Of a stretch of DNA of 64,000 nucleotides, positions 27,201 to 36,032 are shown piece after piece; position 1 is the first letter of the stretch, and every line of letters starts with the position of its first letter. The notes beneath the pieces were generated by a model. It was not told where the DNA came from. It saw only the letters and a program-made list of their open reading frames with translations, and did no database searches. The DNA is from a virus. Taxonomy: Duplodnaviria; Caudoviricetes. Position numbers and translations under genes: made by a program. The DNA lies in the IMG/VR virus record IMGVR_UViG_3300033068_000963, positions 32,175-96,174 of that record; one strand, written 5' to 3'.

Positions 27201-27786
27201 GTACCGGCCCTACGCCAAGCAGCGGGAGTTTCACGACGCGGGGGCAATCCACCGCGAGCGGCTCCTGATGGCGGGTAACCAGCTCGGGAAGACCTACTGC
27301 GGCGCGGCGGAGGCCGCCATCCACCTCACCGGCCAATACCCACCCTACTGGAAAGGGCGCCGCTGGGATCGCCCGGTGCGCGCCTGGGCCGGATCCAAGA
27401 CCGGCGAGGTGACGCGGGACGGTGTGCAACGCTACCTGATCGGCGAGCCTAAGGATGAAGGCCAGTGGGGAACCGGGATGATCCCGGCGGACAACCTGCT
27501 GGACTGGGGCCGGCGCCAGGGTGTCGCGGACGCCTTGGACAACGCCATCGTCAAGCACGCATCGGGCGGAACCTCGACCATCGGGTTCAAGAGCTACGAC
27601 CAAGGGCGCCAGAAGTGGCAGTCGGAAACCCTGGACTTCGTGTGGTTCGATGAGGAGCCGCCGATGGACATCTACATGGAAGGCCTGACGCGGACGAACG
27701 CAACGGGCGGCATGACCTTCATCACCTTCACGCCCCTGCTGGGGATGTCGGACGTGGTGAGCATGTTCCTGGACGATGCGGAATGA
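27091..27786 (+). CDS. terL: Terminase large subunit, N-terminal ATPase half (P22 gp2-like)
   Basis: PYAKQREFHDAG, Walker A AGNQLGKT, Walker B FVWFDEEPP, TFTP. Confidence 0.88.
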   Translation: MSSSTLAFAPSPISLKSELVSLLEEAKRRKDRRRLTEYRPYAKQREFHDAGAIHRERLLMAGNQLGKTYCGAAEAAIHLTGQYPPYWKGRRWDRPVRAWAGSKTGEVTRDGVQRYLIGEPKDEGQWGTGMIPADNLLDWGRRQGVADALDNAIVKHASGGTSTIGFKSYDQGRQKWQSETLDFVWFDEEPPMDIYMEGLTRTNATGGMTFITFTPLLGMSDVVSMFLDDAE

Positions 27787-27887
27787 GCCGCTGAGAGTGC
27801 ACTACGCTCCAGCTCCAGCCCGGCGATGGGCAGGTCCCTGTCGTGACTTGCAGGGGCCAGCGGCAGGTAGGAATTAGCATGAGCCGC
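27783..27887 (+). other. 96-bp structured insertion with 9-bp flanking direct repeats between the TerL halves
   Basis: ATGAGCCGC at 27783-27791 and 27879-27887; GCCGCTG/CAGCGGC closing stem with three internal hairpins. Confidence 0.65.
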
Positions 27888-28634
27888 AACGTCACTCAAA
27901 TGACGATTGACGACGCGGAGCACTACACCCCTGCGGAGCGCGAGGCGATCATCGCCAGCTATCCGGCACATGAGCGCGAGGCCCGCATCAAGGGCATCCC
28001 GTCGATGGGCTCGGGTCGTGTGTTCCCGATCTCTGAGGAAGAGATCACCTGTGACCCGTTCCAGTGGCCTGCGTTCTGGCCGCAGATCGTCGGCATCGAC
28101 TTCGGCTGGGATCACCCGTTCGCGGCGATGCGCCTGGTCTGGGATCGGGACGGCGACATCGTCTACGTCGTCAACGAGTACGCTCAGCGCGAGAGCACGC
28201 CGGTCATTCACGCTGCTGCGGTCAAGCCCTGGGGGTCGTGGATCCCGGTAGCCTGGCCGCACGACGGTTTGCAACACGACAAGGGATCGGGCGAGAGCCT
28301 TTCCCACCAGTACCGAGCCCAAGGCCTCAACCTGCTGTCCGAGAAAGCCACCTTCCGAGATGGCGGGAACGGCGTTGAGGCTGGCGTCATGGACATGCTG
28401 GACCGGATGCAGACGGGGCGCTGGAAAGTGTTCTCCACCTGCGGCGGCTGGCTTCAAGAGTTTCGCCTCTATCACCGGATAGACGGCCTGATCGTCAAAG
28501 AGCGCGACGACCGCATCAGCGCCTCCCGCTACGGGCTGATGATGCTTCGCTACGCCAAGACAGAGCCGCGAGAATACGACGATGACGAGCGGTACAGCGG
28601 CAACGACGGGCGCAGCGAACATGCGGGGTACTGA
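27879..28634 (+). CDS. terL: Terminase large subunit, C-terminal nuclease half
   Basis: MTIDDAEHYT...YPAHEREAR..GIP.MGSGRVF, GIDFGWDHP and DD.ISASRY motifs; own AGGA RBS. Confidence 0.88.
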   Translation: MSRNVTQMTIDDAEHYTPAEREAIIASYPAHEREARIKGIPSMGSGRVFPISEEEITCDPFQWPAFWPQIVGIDFGWDHPFAAMRLVWDRDGDIVYVVNEYAQRESTPVIHAAAVKPWGSWIPVAWPHDGLQHDKGSGESLSHQYRAQGLNLLSEKATFRDGGNGVEAGVMDMLDRMQTGRWKVFSTCGGWLQEFRLYHRIDGLIVKERDDRISASRYGLMMLRYAKTEPREYDDDERYSGNDGRSEHAGY

Positions 28635-30724
28635 TGACTGACCTCGCATACGCCACCGACGACGATACGGAAGCCCTGGAGCCCATCAACGATGACGTTG
28701 AGGGTGGAGTGGCCGAAAGCCCGGAGTGGCTGTCTATCGCCCTCCAGAGCCCCAACCTCGCCTACGAGCTTGACGCCTCGGTTCTGACCGACATCGCGGG
28801 CAAGGTCTGCGACGAATACGACCTCGACTGCGACAGCCTGGAAGAGGCCGGCTGGTTCAAGAACGACGAGGATGCGGTCAAGCTGGCCATGCTGGTCAAG
28901 GAAGCCAAGAGCTATCCTTGGGAGGGCGCCAGCAACATCAAATACCCGCTGCTGACCACGGCCTGCATTCAGTTCGCGGCTCGGGCCTATGGGGCGATTG
29001 TCCCCGGCTTCAACGTGGTCAAGGGCAAGGTGCTGGGCAAGCCCACGCCCGAGAAGACCGACCGGGCAGACCGCATCTCAAGCCACATGTCCTACCAGCT
29101 TCTGGAGGAGATGGAGGGCTGGGAGGAAGACACCGACAAGCTGCTGCACATGCTGCCGGCGCGTGGGTGTGTGTTCCGCAAGACCTACTTCGACCCGACG
29201 CGGGGAACGAACGTCTCGACCCTGGTCCCGCCGGACAAGTTCATCGTCAACTACTGGACCCGCGACCTCGAATCCTGCCCTCGCATGACCCACCTGTGCG
29301 AGTATTACCCCAACGAGATCGAGATCAAGTTCCGGTCTGGGCTGTGGATGCGTGTGGACCTCGGCCAGCCCGAGACCGACGCCGACGATCCCTATGCGGC
29401 GCGTGAGTTCCTTGAGCAGCATCGCTTGCTGGATCTCGACGACGACGGCCTGCCGGAACCCTACATCGTCACCGTCCACCACGAGAGCCGCCAAGTGGTT
29501 CGCATCGTGGCCCGGTTCGATGAGGAGGGGATCGAGGTTGGACCGAAGGGTGAGGTTGTCCAGTTCAAGGCCGACCGCTACTTCACCAAGTACACGTTCA
29601 TTCCCTCGCTCGACGGTAGCTTCTACGACATCGGCTTCGGCTCTCTGCTGAGTGCGCTGAACGACGGCATCAACACCACCATGAACCAACTGTTCGACGC
29701 GGGCCACCTGGCCAACGTCCAGGGCGGGTTTATCGGGTCGGGCGTGTCGATGAAGTCGGGCGCCATGCGGTTCAAGCCGGGCGAGTGGAAGCGGGTTGAG
29801 AGCACGGGCGGAAGCCTGCGTGATAACCTCATGCCGCTGAACATGCCGGGGCCGAGCCCTGTGCTGTTCCAGCTCCTGCAATTCCTGATCCAGGCCGCGC
29901 AGGACGTGACCTCGACCAAGGACGTGCTGACCGGGGACACGACGCCCACCAACCAGCCTGTCGGCACCACGATGGCGCTGATCGAGCAGGGGCTGAAGGT
30001 CTACAGCGCGATTTTCAAGCGCATCCACCGGGCGTTCAAGTGGGAGTTGGCGGTGCTTCGCCGGCTGAACCGCAAGTACCTCGACCCGGAAAGCTACTTC
30101 GTCTTCCAGGACAAGGAAGGCGTGATCGCTCAGGCGGACTACGCCGAAGACGACGTTGACGTGATCCCGGTGTCTGACCCGACTGTGGTCATGGACAGCC
30201 AGCGCCTGGCCCGCGCGCAGTACCTGGGCCAGTACATGCAACTTCCGTTCATGAACCAGCAGGAGATCGTCAAGCGGTCCCTGGAGGCGGCGGACATTCC
30301 CGAGATTGATGCGCTGTTCGTGGAGCAAGGGCCGAGCCCTGAGGCGATGATCAAGGGCGAGGAACTGAAGCAGTCGGGCCAGAAGCTTCAGATCGACGCC
30401 AAGAAGGCCGAGACCGAGCACATGAAGGCCGAAGCCACGGTCAAGAAGGACACGGCCACCACCATCAAGACCCTGTTCGACGCCGCAGCCATTCAGACGG
30501 AATACAACCTTGCCCCGATTGACCCAGGAGAGCTTCAACGAGTGGAAGCGACACCCGTTGACGGAGGCGTTCCGGCTGTTCCTGAGGGACTACCGGACCC
30601 GGCTGGCGGACAAATGGGTGGAGGGGAGCCTCAACCCGGCGGAATGCCCCCTGGTCCAGAAGCAGGCCCAGACCCTATGGGAGCTGGAGACCCTGGAATG
30701 GGAAGCGGTGGACCGGCTCTATAA
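28634..30724 (+). CDS. Portal protein
   Basis: 696 aa after TerL; K.YPWEGASNIKYPLL..A..QF.ARAY; Pro/Gly-rich tail. Confidence 0.85.
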   Translation: MTDLAYATDDDTEALEPINDDVEGGVAESPEWLSIALQSPNLAYELDASVLTDIAGKVCDEYDLDCDSLEEAGWFKNDEDAVKLAMLVKEAKSYPWEGASNIKYPLLTTACIQFAARAYGAIVPGFNVVKGKVLGKPTPEKTDRADRISSHMSYQLLEEMEGWEEDTDKLLHMLPARGCVFRKTYFDPTRGTNVSTLVPPDKFIVNYWTRDLESCPRMTHLCEYYPNEIEIKFRSGLWMRVDLGQPETDADDPYAAREFLEQHRLLDLDDDGLPEPYIVTVHHESRQVVRIVARFDEEGIEVGPKGEVVQFKADRYFTKYTFIPSLDGSFYDIGFGSLLSALNDGINTTMNQLFDAGHLANVQGGFIGSGVSMKSGAMRFKPGEWKRVESTGGSLRDNLMPLNMPGPSPVLFQLLQFLIQAAQDVTSTKDVLTGDTTPTNQPVGTTMALIEQGLKVYSAIFKRIHRAFKWELAVLRRLNRKYLDPESYFVFQDKEGVIAQADYAEDDVDVIPVSDPTVVMDSQRLARAQYLGQYMQLPFMNQQEIVKRSLEAADIPEIDALFVEQGPSPEAMIKGEELKQSGQKLQIDAKKAETEHMKAEATVKKDTATTIKTLFDAAAIQTEYNLAPIDPGELQRVEATPVDGGVPAVPEGLPDPAGGQMGGGEPQPGGMPPGPEAGPDPMGAGDPGMGSGGPAL

Positions 30725-30737
30725 CGGGGACGAGTGA
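30510..30737 (+). CDS. Small head-region protein overlapping the portal C-terminus
   Basis: F.EWKRHP.T..F..FL pattern seen after portals of this type; alternate frame. Confidence 0.55.
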   Translation: MPRLTQESFNEWKRHPLTEAFRLFLRDYRTRLADKWVEGSLNPAECPLVQKQAQTLWELETLEWEAVDRLYNGDE

Positions 30738-31024
30738 GGTCCGCCACCGATCTCATGCAGGAAGCCATCCGCCCCCTCTGTCGTGGCGTACCCACCCAAG
30801 AAGGTGTGAACCACGACTAGCGGCAAGTCCACTTTCATCCGCCATTTGATGTCCTTTGTGGTGAAGCCATCCGCGCCGTCATCGGCCGGCGAGTTCTCAG
30901 GCAGATCAACGCCTTTGGTCATCTCGGGCCGCATAGTGCGTTGGACGCCCGTAATCTTCTCAACCTCCAGCCGAACAGCTTCAAGCTGCTCTAAGAGGTC
31001 TTTCAGATCAGGCTCTTGGCTCAT
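30719..31024 (-). CDS. Antisense moron, hypothetical
   Basis: 101 aa; lower-GC codons; TGcTAGGCT ends 6 nt before the ATG. Confidence 0.5.
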   Translation of the reverse strand: MSQEPDLKDLLEQLEAVRLEVEKITGVQRTMRPEMTKGVDLPENSPADDGADGFTTKDIKWRMKVDLPLVVVHTFLGGYATTEGADGFLHEIGGGPHSSPL

Positions 31025-31034
31025 CCCAACAGCC

Positions 31035-31319
31035 TAGCAGAAATCACCCTCACAGCGAGGGGATAGTCCCGCAGAGGGACGTTATTCGGACACAACACGA
31101 CCGCCGCCGCGCTCAACCTCGCGGATAAGCAAGGCGATCATCTCGGGGCTCCAATCGCCCCAATCAGTCACGCTGAACGAGGCGGAAACCTCAGTCCATT
31201 TGTACCGTTCGTCGGAGGGCAAGACCTCTTCGGGGAGCTGTTCGTAGGGCGACTGTACCATGCCTCCGAGCATAGCAGAAATCCGCTCAAAGGGAGCGGC
31301 TTAGTCCCTAACCGGGACT
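31035..31319. repeat. Two copies of a TAGCAGAAATC + double-hairpin motif (31035-31080, 31273-31319)
   Basis: Identical 11-mer followed by two 5-6-bp stems with 5-nt loops; stems differ in sequence but still pair. Confidence 0.7.
31082..31261 (-). CDS. Antisense moron, hypothetical
   Basis: 59 aa; TGcTATGCT ends 7 nt before the ATG. Confidence 0.45.
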   Translation of the reverse strand: MVQSPYEQLPEEVLPSDERYKWTEVSASFSVTDWGDWSPEMIALLIREVERGGGRVVSE

Positions 31320-31341
31320 TCATTTAGCCAAGAGAACCCCA

Positions 31342-31650
31342 TTGTCAGACAATCCCTCGGGCATCCGTCCGTTGGACCTTCAAGTGCTGATTCAGCTTGA
31401 GGAAGTCCCTACGAAAGTCGGGAATATCCTCCTGCCGGACGCCGTGAAGGACCGAAAGCAGTACGCAGGAACCAAGGCCAAGCTCCTCGCGGTAGGTGAG
31501 AACGCCTTCCTCGAATGGGGAAAGGCCACCAAGCCCGAGCCCGGCCAGACTGTGATCATCGCCCAATATGCGGGCGTGAAGCAGGAGGGCGTGGACGGCA
31601 AGGACTACACCATCTGCCAGGACAAGGACATTCTGGGGGTGCTCGCATGA
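31342..31650 (+). CDS. GroES/Cpn10-like co-chaperonin
   Basis: IRPLDLQVLI..EE..TKVGNILLPD..K, LAVG, YAG and DILGVL motifs. Confidence 0.85.
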   Translation: MSDNPSGIRPLDLQVLIQLEEVPTKVGNILLPDAVKDRKQYAGTKAKLLAVGENAFLEWGKATKPEPGQTVIIAQYAGVKQEGVDGKDYTICQDKDILGVLA

Positions 31651-32453
31651 GCGAAGCCCTGGAAGCCCCCGAAGTCCAGCACGACGACGCCCCGCAATCC
31701 GAACCCGCCGACGTTCGCGCCCGCCGCATGGGCTGGACGGACAAGGAGGAGTTCAAAGGCGACCCCGCCAAGTGGGTGGACGCCGAGACTTTCGTCAAGC
31801 GCGGGGAGGAAATCCTTCCCATCGTGCAACACCAGAACAAGGTTCTTGAAGCCGCCCTCCGCAAAGCCGAGGGCGAGATCAAGGACTTCCGCAAGACCCT
31901 GACGGAGTACAAGAACTTCGCCGACAAGGCCGAGCAGCGCAGCTACGAGCGCGCCCTGCGTGACCTCGAAACCCAACAGGCCGAAGCTGTGGCCGCCGGC
32001 GACGTTCAGGCCGTCCGCGAGATCACCAAGGACATCGCGGCCCTCGACAAGGAGGTCCGGTCGGAGGCTCCCAACGACGGGCGCCCAAAGCTCACGCCGG
32101 ATTACCAAGAGGCTGTCGATACCTTCAAGGCCGACAACCCCTGGTTCGACACTGACCGCGCCATGTCGGCTTGGGCCGTCGCCAAGGACGGCGAGCTGGC
32201 AGAGGCTGGGATCGAGGAAAAGGCCCGGCTGAAACAGATCCACCGGCTCGTCCGCGAGGAGTTCCCCGGCAAGTTCAAGAACCCCAACCGCGATGCGCCT
32301 GGCGCTGTGGAAGGGGGCCGAATGGGCGCCGCAAGGGGAGGGGCCAAGACGTGGGCCGATCTCCCCGCCGACGCCAAGGCCCAGGCCGAGCGCTTCATCA
32401 AGAAGATCCCCGGCTTCACCCGTGAAAAGTTCCTGAAGGATTACGACTGGTGA
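31647..32453 (+). CDS. Scaffolding protein
   Basis: ARRMGW..KEEFKGDP.KWVDAETFV.RG, NPWF and T..DLP.DAK...E..LKDY motifs. Confidence 0.75.
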   Translation: MSEALEAPEVQHDDAPQSEPADVRARRMGWTDKEEFKGDPAKWVDAETFVKRGEEILPIVQHQNKVLEAALRKAEGEIKDFRKTLTEYKNFADKAEQRSYERALRDLETQQAEAVAAGDVQAVREITKDIAALDKEVRSEAPNDGRPKLTPDYQEAVDTFKADNPWFDTDRAMSAWAVAKDGELAEAGIEEKARLKQIHRLVREEFPGKFKNPNRDAPGAVEGGRMGAARGGAKTWADLPADAKAQAERFIKKIPGFTREKFLKDYDW

Positions 32454-32953
32454 GCGACACCTACACCCCCAAGCGCGCCTATACGCGCCGTGAGCCGGCT
32501 GCTGACGCCGCCGAGCCCCAAGACACCACCCAGGCCGTTGAACCCACCCGTCGTCGCCAGCGCGCGAACCTCGGGGGCTTCTCTCAGCGGCTCGCGGTAG
32601 AGGCCCGCCCCGGATTCGTTCGGCGCTGGGTCAACGATGACGGTAGCGGGCGCCCTGAGCGTCTGCATACCGATCTGGCCTACGATTTCGTCAATGACCC
32701 CTCGGTCAAGAGCGACGTTGCAGGCTCTCGGATCGCCCGAAACGTAGGCAAAAAACCCACGGGTGAACCGATGCTCGCTTATCTCATGGAGACCCCCGAA
32801 ACGGAGTACGCCGTGGGTGTTGCGGAGAAGGAAGACCGCCTCAAGCCCTTCGAAGAAGCCATCAGTTCCAACAGGGACACGACGGGGCAACTGACTGAGG
32901 CGGACAACGTCTACGCGCCACGCGGTGGCCGTAGCTCTCTCAAACGCTCTTAG
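32450..32953 (+). CDS. Head-region hypothetical protein
   Basis: PGFVRRWVND motif; lies between scaffold and capsid genes. Confidence 0.65.
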   Translation: MSDTYTPKRAYTRREPAADAAEPQDTTQAVEPTRRRQRANLGGFSQRLAVEARPGFVRRWVNDDGSGRPERLHTDLAYDFVNDPSVKSDVAGSRIARNVGKKPTGEPMLAYLMETPETEYAVGVAEKEDRLKPFEEAISSNRDTTGQLTEADNVYAPRGGRSSLKRS

Positions 32954-32965
32954 GAGTTTTCCAAC

Positions 32966-33544
32966 ATGGCTAACGCCAACGCGCCGTTTGGGCTTCGGCC
33001 CATTCGCGACGTGTCGAGCGGCTATGTGACGGGTGGCGCTCGACGTTATTCCGTCTCTGCCGACGACGCGACCGCGATCTATCTCGGCGACCTCGTGAAA
33101 CTCGCCGGCACCGGCCAGACCATCGACGGGAATGTCTACCCCGACGTGATCAAGGCCGCTTCCGGTGACACCTTCATCGGGGTTGTCGAAGGTTTCGTCG
33201 CCACCACGCGCGACTCGACCATCTACCGCGCTGCTTCGACCCAGCGCATCGCCCTGGTCTGTGACGACCCCAACGGCCTCTTCGCCGTCCGCGAGGGTAG
33301 CTCCGGCACCCCTCTCACCGCCAACGATATCGGCCTCAACGCCAACATCAGTGTCGTCGCCGGCTCCACCGTCACTGGCCTGTCCGGCTCCGTGCTCCTC
33401 AACACCAGCGAGGACACCACGAACACGCTCGATCTGAAGATCGTCAACTTCGTCAACGCGCCTGACAACGCGATTGGGCTTTCGGCCATGTGGGCCGTTC
33501 GCATCAACCGCCACGTCCTGGTCAACCAAACTGCGGGGGTCTAG
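32966..33544 (+). CDS. Capsid cement/decoration protein
   Basis: MANANAPFGLRP, IYLGDLVK and DDPN.LF motifs; directly before the capsid gene. Confidence 0.7.
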   Translation: MANANAPFGLRPIRDVSSGYVTGGARRYSVSADDATAIYLGDLVKLAGTGQTIDGNVYPDVIKAASGDTFIGVVEGFVATTRDSTIYRAASTQRIALVCDDPNGLFAVREGSSGTPLTANDIGLNANISVVAGSTVTGLSGSVLLNTSEDTTNTLDLKIVNFVNAPDNAIGLSAMWAVRINRHVLVNQTAGV

Positions 33545-33547
33545 GTC

Positions 33548-34462
33548 ATGGCTGGCGGTGTGATTTCCACTGGTTCAATCCCCAAGCTTCTGTGGCCAGG
33601 CCTGAATGCGGTCTGGGGGCAGGAGTACAAGGACTATCCCCAAGAGTGGCGCGACCTGTTCGAGATCAATTCCTCGGACATGAACTATGAGGAAGACGTC
33701 CTCCTCGCCGGCTTCGGGCTTGCCCCGGTCAAGCCGGAGGGTTCCTCGATCTCCTACGACACCACTCAGCAAGGGTTCACCTCGCGCTATACGCACATCG
33801 CGTACGGCCTGGGGTTCATCCTCACTGAGGAAGAGATCGACGACAATCTCTACGAAAAGGCCGCGCTGAACCGCACGAGCAAGCTTGCCCGTTCGTTCCG
33901 GCAGACCAAGGAGAACGTCGGCGCCAACGTCTACAACCGAGCCTTCAACAGCTCGTATGTCGGCGGCGATGGCGTTGAACTGATCTCGAACGCTCACCCG
34001 ACCCAAACGGGCAACCAGAGCAACCGTCCGACCGCCTACGCGGATCTGTCGGAAGCCGCCCTGGAAGACATGAGCATCCAGATCATGAACGCGGTCGATG
34101 ACCGTGGCCTGCGCATCGCCCTCATGGGCCGTTCGCTCCACGTCGCGCCGGCCAACGTGTTCGAGGCCACTCGTATTCTGCAATCGCAATTGCAGAACGA
34201 CACGGCCAACAACGCGATCAACGCCATGAAGTCGATGGGCCTGTTCCCGGACGGCGTGAAGGTGAACCACTACTTCACCGACGCGGACGCCTGGTTCATC
34301 CGCACCGACTGCCCGGACAGCATGAAGATGTTCAACCGGAAGACGGCGACCTTCGCTCAGGACAACGACTTCGACACGTCGAACCTGAAGTACAAGGGCT
34401 ACGAGCGCTACAGCTTCGGCTGGAGCGATTGGCGCGGGACCTACGGCTCATCGGGTTCTTGA
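33548..34462 (+). CDS. Major capsid protein (HK97 fold; no evident similarity to the module A coat)
   Basis: KLLWPGLN..WG..Y, GFGLAPVKPEG, NHY.TD.DAWF and ERYSFGWSDWRG.YGS.G motifs. Confidence 0.88.
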   Translation: MAGGVISTGSIPKLLWPGLNAVWGQEYKDYPQEWRDLFEINSSDMNYEEDVLLAGFGLAPVKPEGSSISYDTTQQGFTSRYTHIAYGLGFILTEEEIDDNLYEKAALNRTSKLARSFRQTKENVGANVYNRAFNSSYVGGDGVELISNAHPTQTGNQSNRPTAYADLSEAALEDMSIQIMNAVDDRGLRIALMGRSLHVAPANVFEATRILQSQLQNDTANNAINAMKSMGLFPDGVKVNHYFTDADAWFIRTDCPDSMKMFNRKTATFAQDNDFDTSNLKYKGYERYSFGWSDWRGTYGSSGS

Positions 34463-34499
34463 GCCCCCGACATCTGGACCACCTGAAACAGTAGTCCTC

Positions 34500-34532
34500 G
34501 GGGCGGCTCTACGGGGCCGCCCCACCCCTTTT
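34500..34532 (+). terminator. Hairpin/terminator after the capsid gene
   Basis: GGGGCGGCTC-tacg-GGGCCGCCCC followed by accctttt. Confidence 0.55.
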
Positions 34533-34606
34533 CCCCCACATACCGACCCCCGCTGAGGCTCCCACCTTGGCTGCTCCTGCTGGCGCGGGTCTGACGGAGA
34601 CTTCCC

Positions 34607-35644
34607 ATGGGACTGACCAATTTCCCCAACGGCGTGTCGAGCTTCGGCGTGCCCGTTCTGCCCGGCGTCGCTGGGCTCCCCTTCACCGGCAACGCCTATT
34701 TCGTTGACCCTGCGACGGGCTCCGACGGCAACACCGGCCTCTCGCCGAACAAGGCCTTCGCCACCCTCTACAAGGCGCACGCGGCCTGCACCGATGGCAA
34801 CAACGACGTGGTCTATCTGATCGGCAACGGTCAGTCGTCCGGCTCGGCTCGGCTCTCCACCGCCCTGGCCCAGACCGTGGACTCGACCGCGACCACGGGC
34901 ACGCTCACCTGGTCGAAGAACGCCACCCACCTCGTCGGCATCACCGCGCCGACCGGCGTGGCCCAGCGCGCCCGCATCGCGCCTCCGACCGGCACCTACA
35001 CGATGGCGACCTTCGGGTCCGGCAACTTCATCGTGGTCACCGCTTCCGGCTGCATGTTCGCCAACTTCTCCATCTTCCACGGCTTCACCACGGGCGGCGC
35101 TTCGCAGATCGCGTGGACCGACAGCGGCGGGCGCAACTACTACGACAACGTCCAGTTCGGCGGTGCTGGCGATGCGGAATCGGCCCAGGCCACCACCTCG
35201 CGGTCGCTGCTGATCACCGGGACCACGGGCGAGAACACCTTCGTCAACTGCGAAATCGGTCTCGACACCGTGACCAAGACGGTCGCCAACGCCTCGCTGG
35301 AATTCGCCGGGGGCACGCCGCGCAACACCTTCGTCGGCTGCAACTTCCCGTTCCAGACCTCGTCGGCCAACGTGATCGGCATCATCGGCACCGGCGCCGC
35401 CTGCATGGATCGCTGGCAGAAGTTCGACCGCTGCACCTTCATCAACAACATCAAGTCCACCTCCACGGCGATGACCGTTCTGACCACGCTCTCCAATGCG
35501 TCGCCGGGCGGCCTGCTCCTGATGAAGGACTGCACCCTCGTCGGGATTGGTGAGTATGGCGGCACCAACGGCCTGGCGAACACCTACATCGACGGCGGCA
35601 CGGTCACTGCGGCGACCTCCGGCATCGCCGTGAACCCGACCTAG
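34607..35644 (+). CDS. Beta-helix-like virion protein (head fibre/spike candidate)
   Basis: LTNFPNGVSSFG N-terminus; YFVDP..GSDGNTGLSP.KAFATL; repeated F.NC.F strands. Confidence 0.65.
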   Translation: MGLTNFPNGVSSFGVPVLPGVAGLPFTGNAYFVDPATGSDGNTGLSPNKAFATLYKAHAACTDGNNDVVYLIGNGQSSGSARLSTALAQTVDSTATTGTLTWSKNATHLVGITAPTGVAQRARIAPPTGTYTMATFGSGNFIVVTASGCMFANFSIFHGFTTGGASQIAWTDSGGRNYYDNVQFGGAGDAESAQATTSRSLLITGTTGENTFVNCEIGLDTVTKTVANASLEFAGGTPRNTFVGCNFPFQTSSANVIGIIGTGAACMDRWQKFDRCTFINNIKSTSTAMTVLTTLSNASPGGLLLMKDCTLVGIGEYGGTNGLANTYIDGGTVTAATSGIAVNPT

Positions 35645-35654
35645 GGGTGAGAGC

Positions 35655-35780
35655 ATGGACAAGCCCAAGCAAACCCTTACGGCGGCCAACCTCGCGAAGA
35701 TGAGCGGCCAAAACGCCGTTCGTCAACGCTACGCCGTGGCGACCTGCTCCATGCCCAAGAGCAAGCCGAAGAATGCCTAA
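35655..35780 (+). CDS. Small basic protein (41 aa)
   Basis: MDKPKQTL...KSKPKNA; fills the gap between neighbours. Confidence 0.4.
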   Translation: MDKPKQTLTAANLAKMSGQNAVRQRYAVATCSMPKSKPKNA

Positions 35781-36024
35781 GGCCCGCAACTGGCAGGGCG
35801 AACAGCGCAAAGGCGACTTCCGGCGGATCGACGACAGGACAGGCTTCAAAGTCTGGGCTTCGGAGACCCGCCGGGAGTGGGACAACCTGATCTGCGTCGA
35901 TCCTGACAAGCGCAACCCTCAGGACTTCGTAACGGGCGTCCCCGACCGCCAGGTCGTGCCAAACCCGCGCCCCGAGCCGCCGAACGTCTTCCTCTCGGCC
36001 ACCGTCACTCCCGAAGACCTGTGA
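35773..36024 (+). CDS. Hypothetical virion-module protein
   Basis: DDRTGFK....R.EW..L....D.RNPQDFV.GV.D.Q....RPEP. Confidence 0.65.
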   Translation: MPKARNWQGEQRKGDFRRIDDRTGFKVWASETRREWDNLICVDPDKRNPQDFVTGVPDRQVVPNPRPEPPNVFLSATVTPEDL

Positions 36025-36032
36025 GATAAACC

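Noticed and set aside
27772-27920. T4 gene 60-style ribosomal bypass using the DDAE peptide present on both sides
   Set aside because: Landing at the second DDAE would skip the conserved MTI segment and the codons do not match exactly; separate initiation is simpler, though bypass is not formally excluded
27079-28634. terL as a broken pseudogene or sequencing frameshift
   Set aside because: Both halves keep their motifs, the break lies between domains, and the second half has its own RBS and ATG
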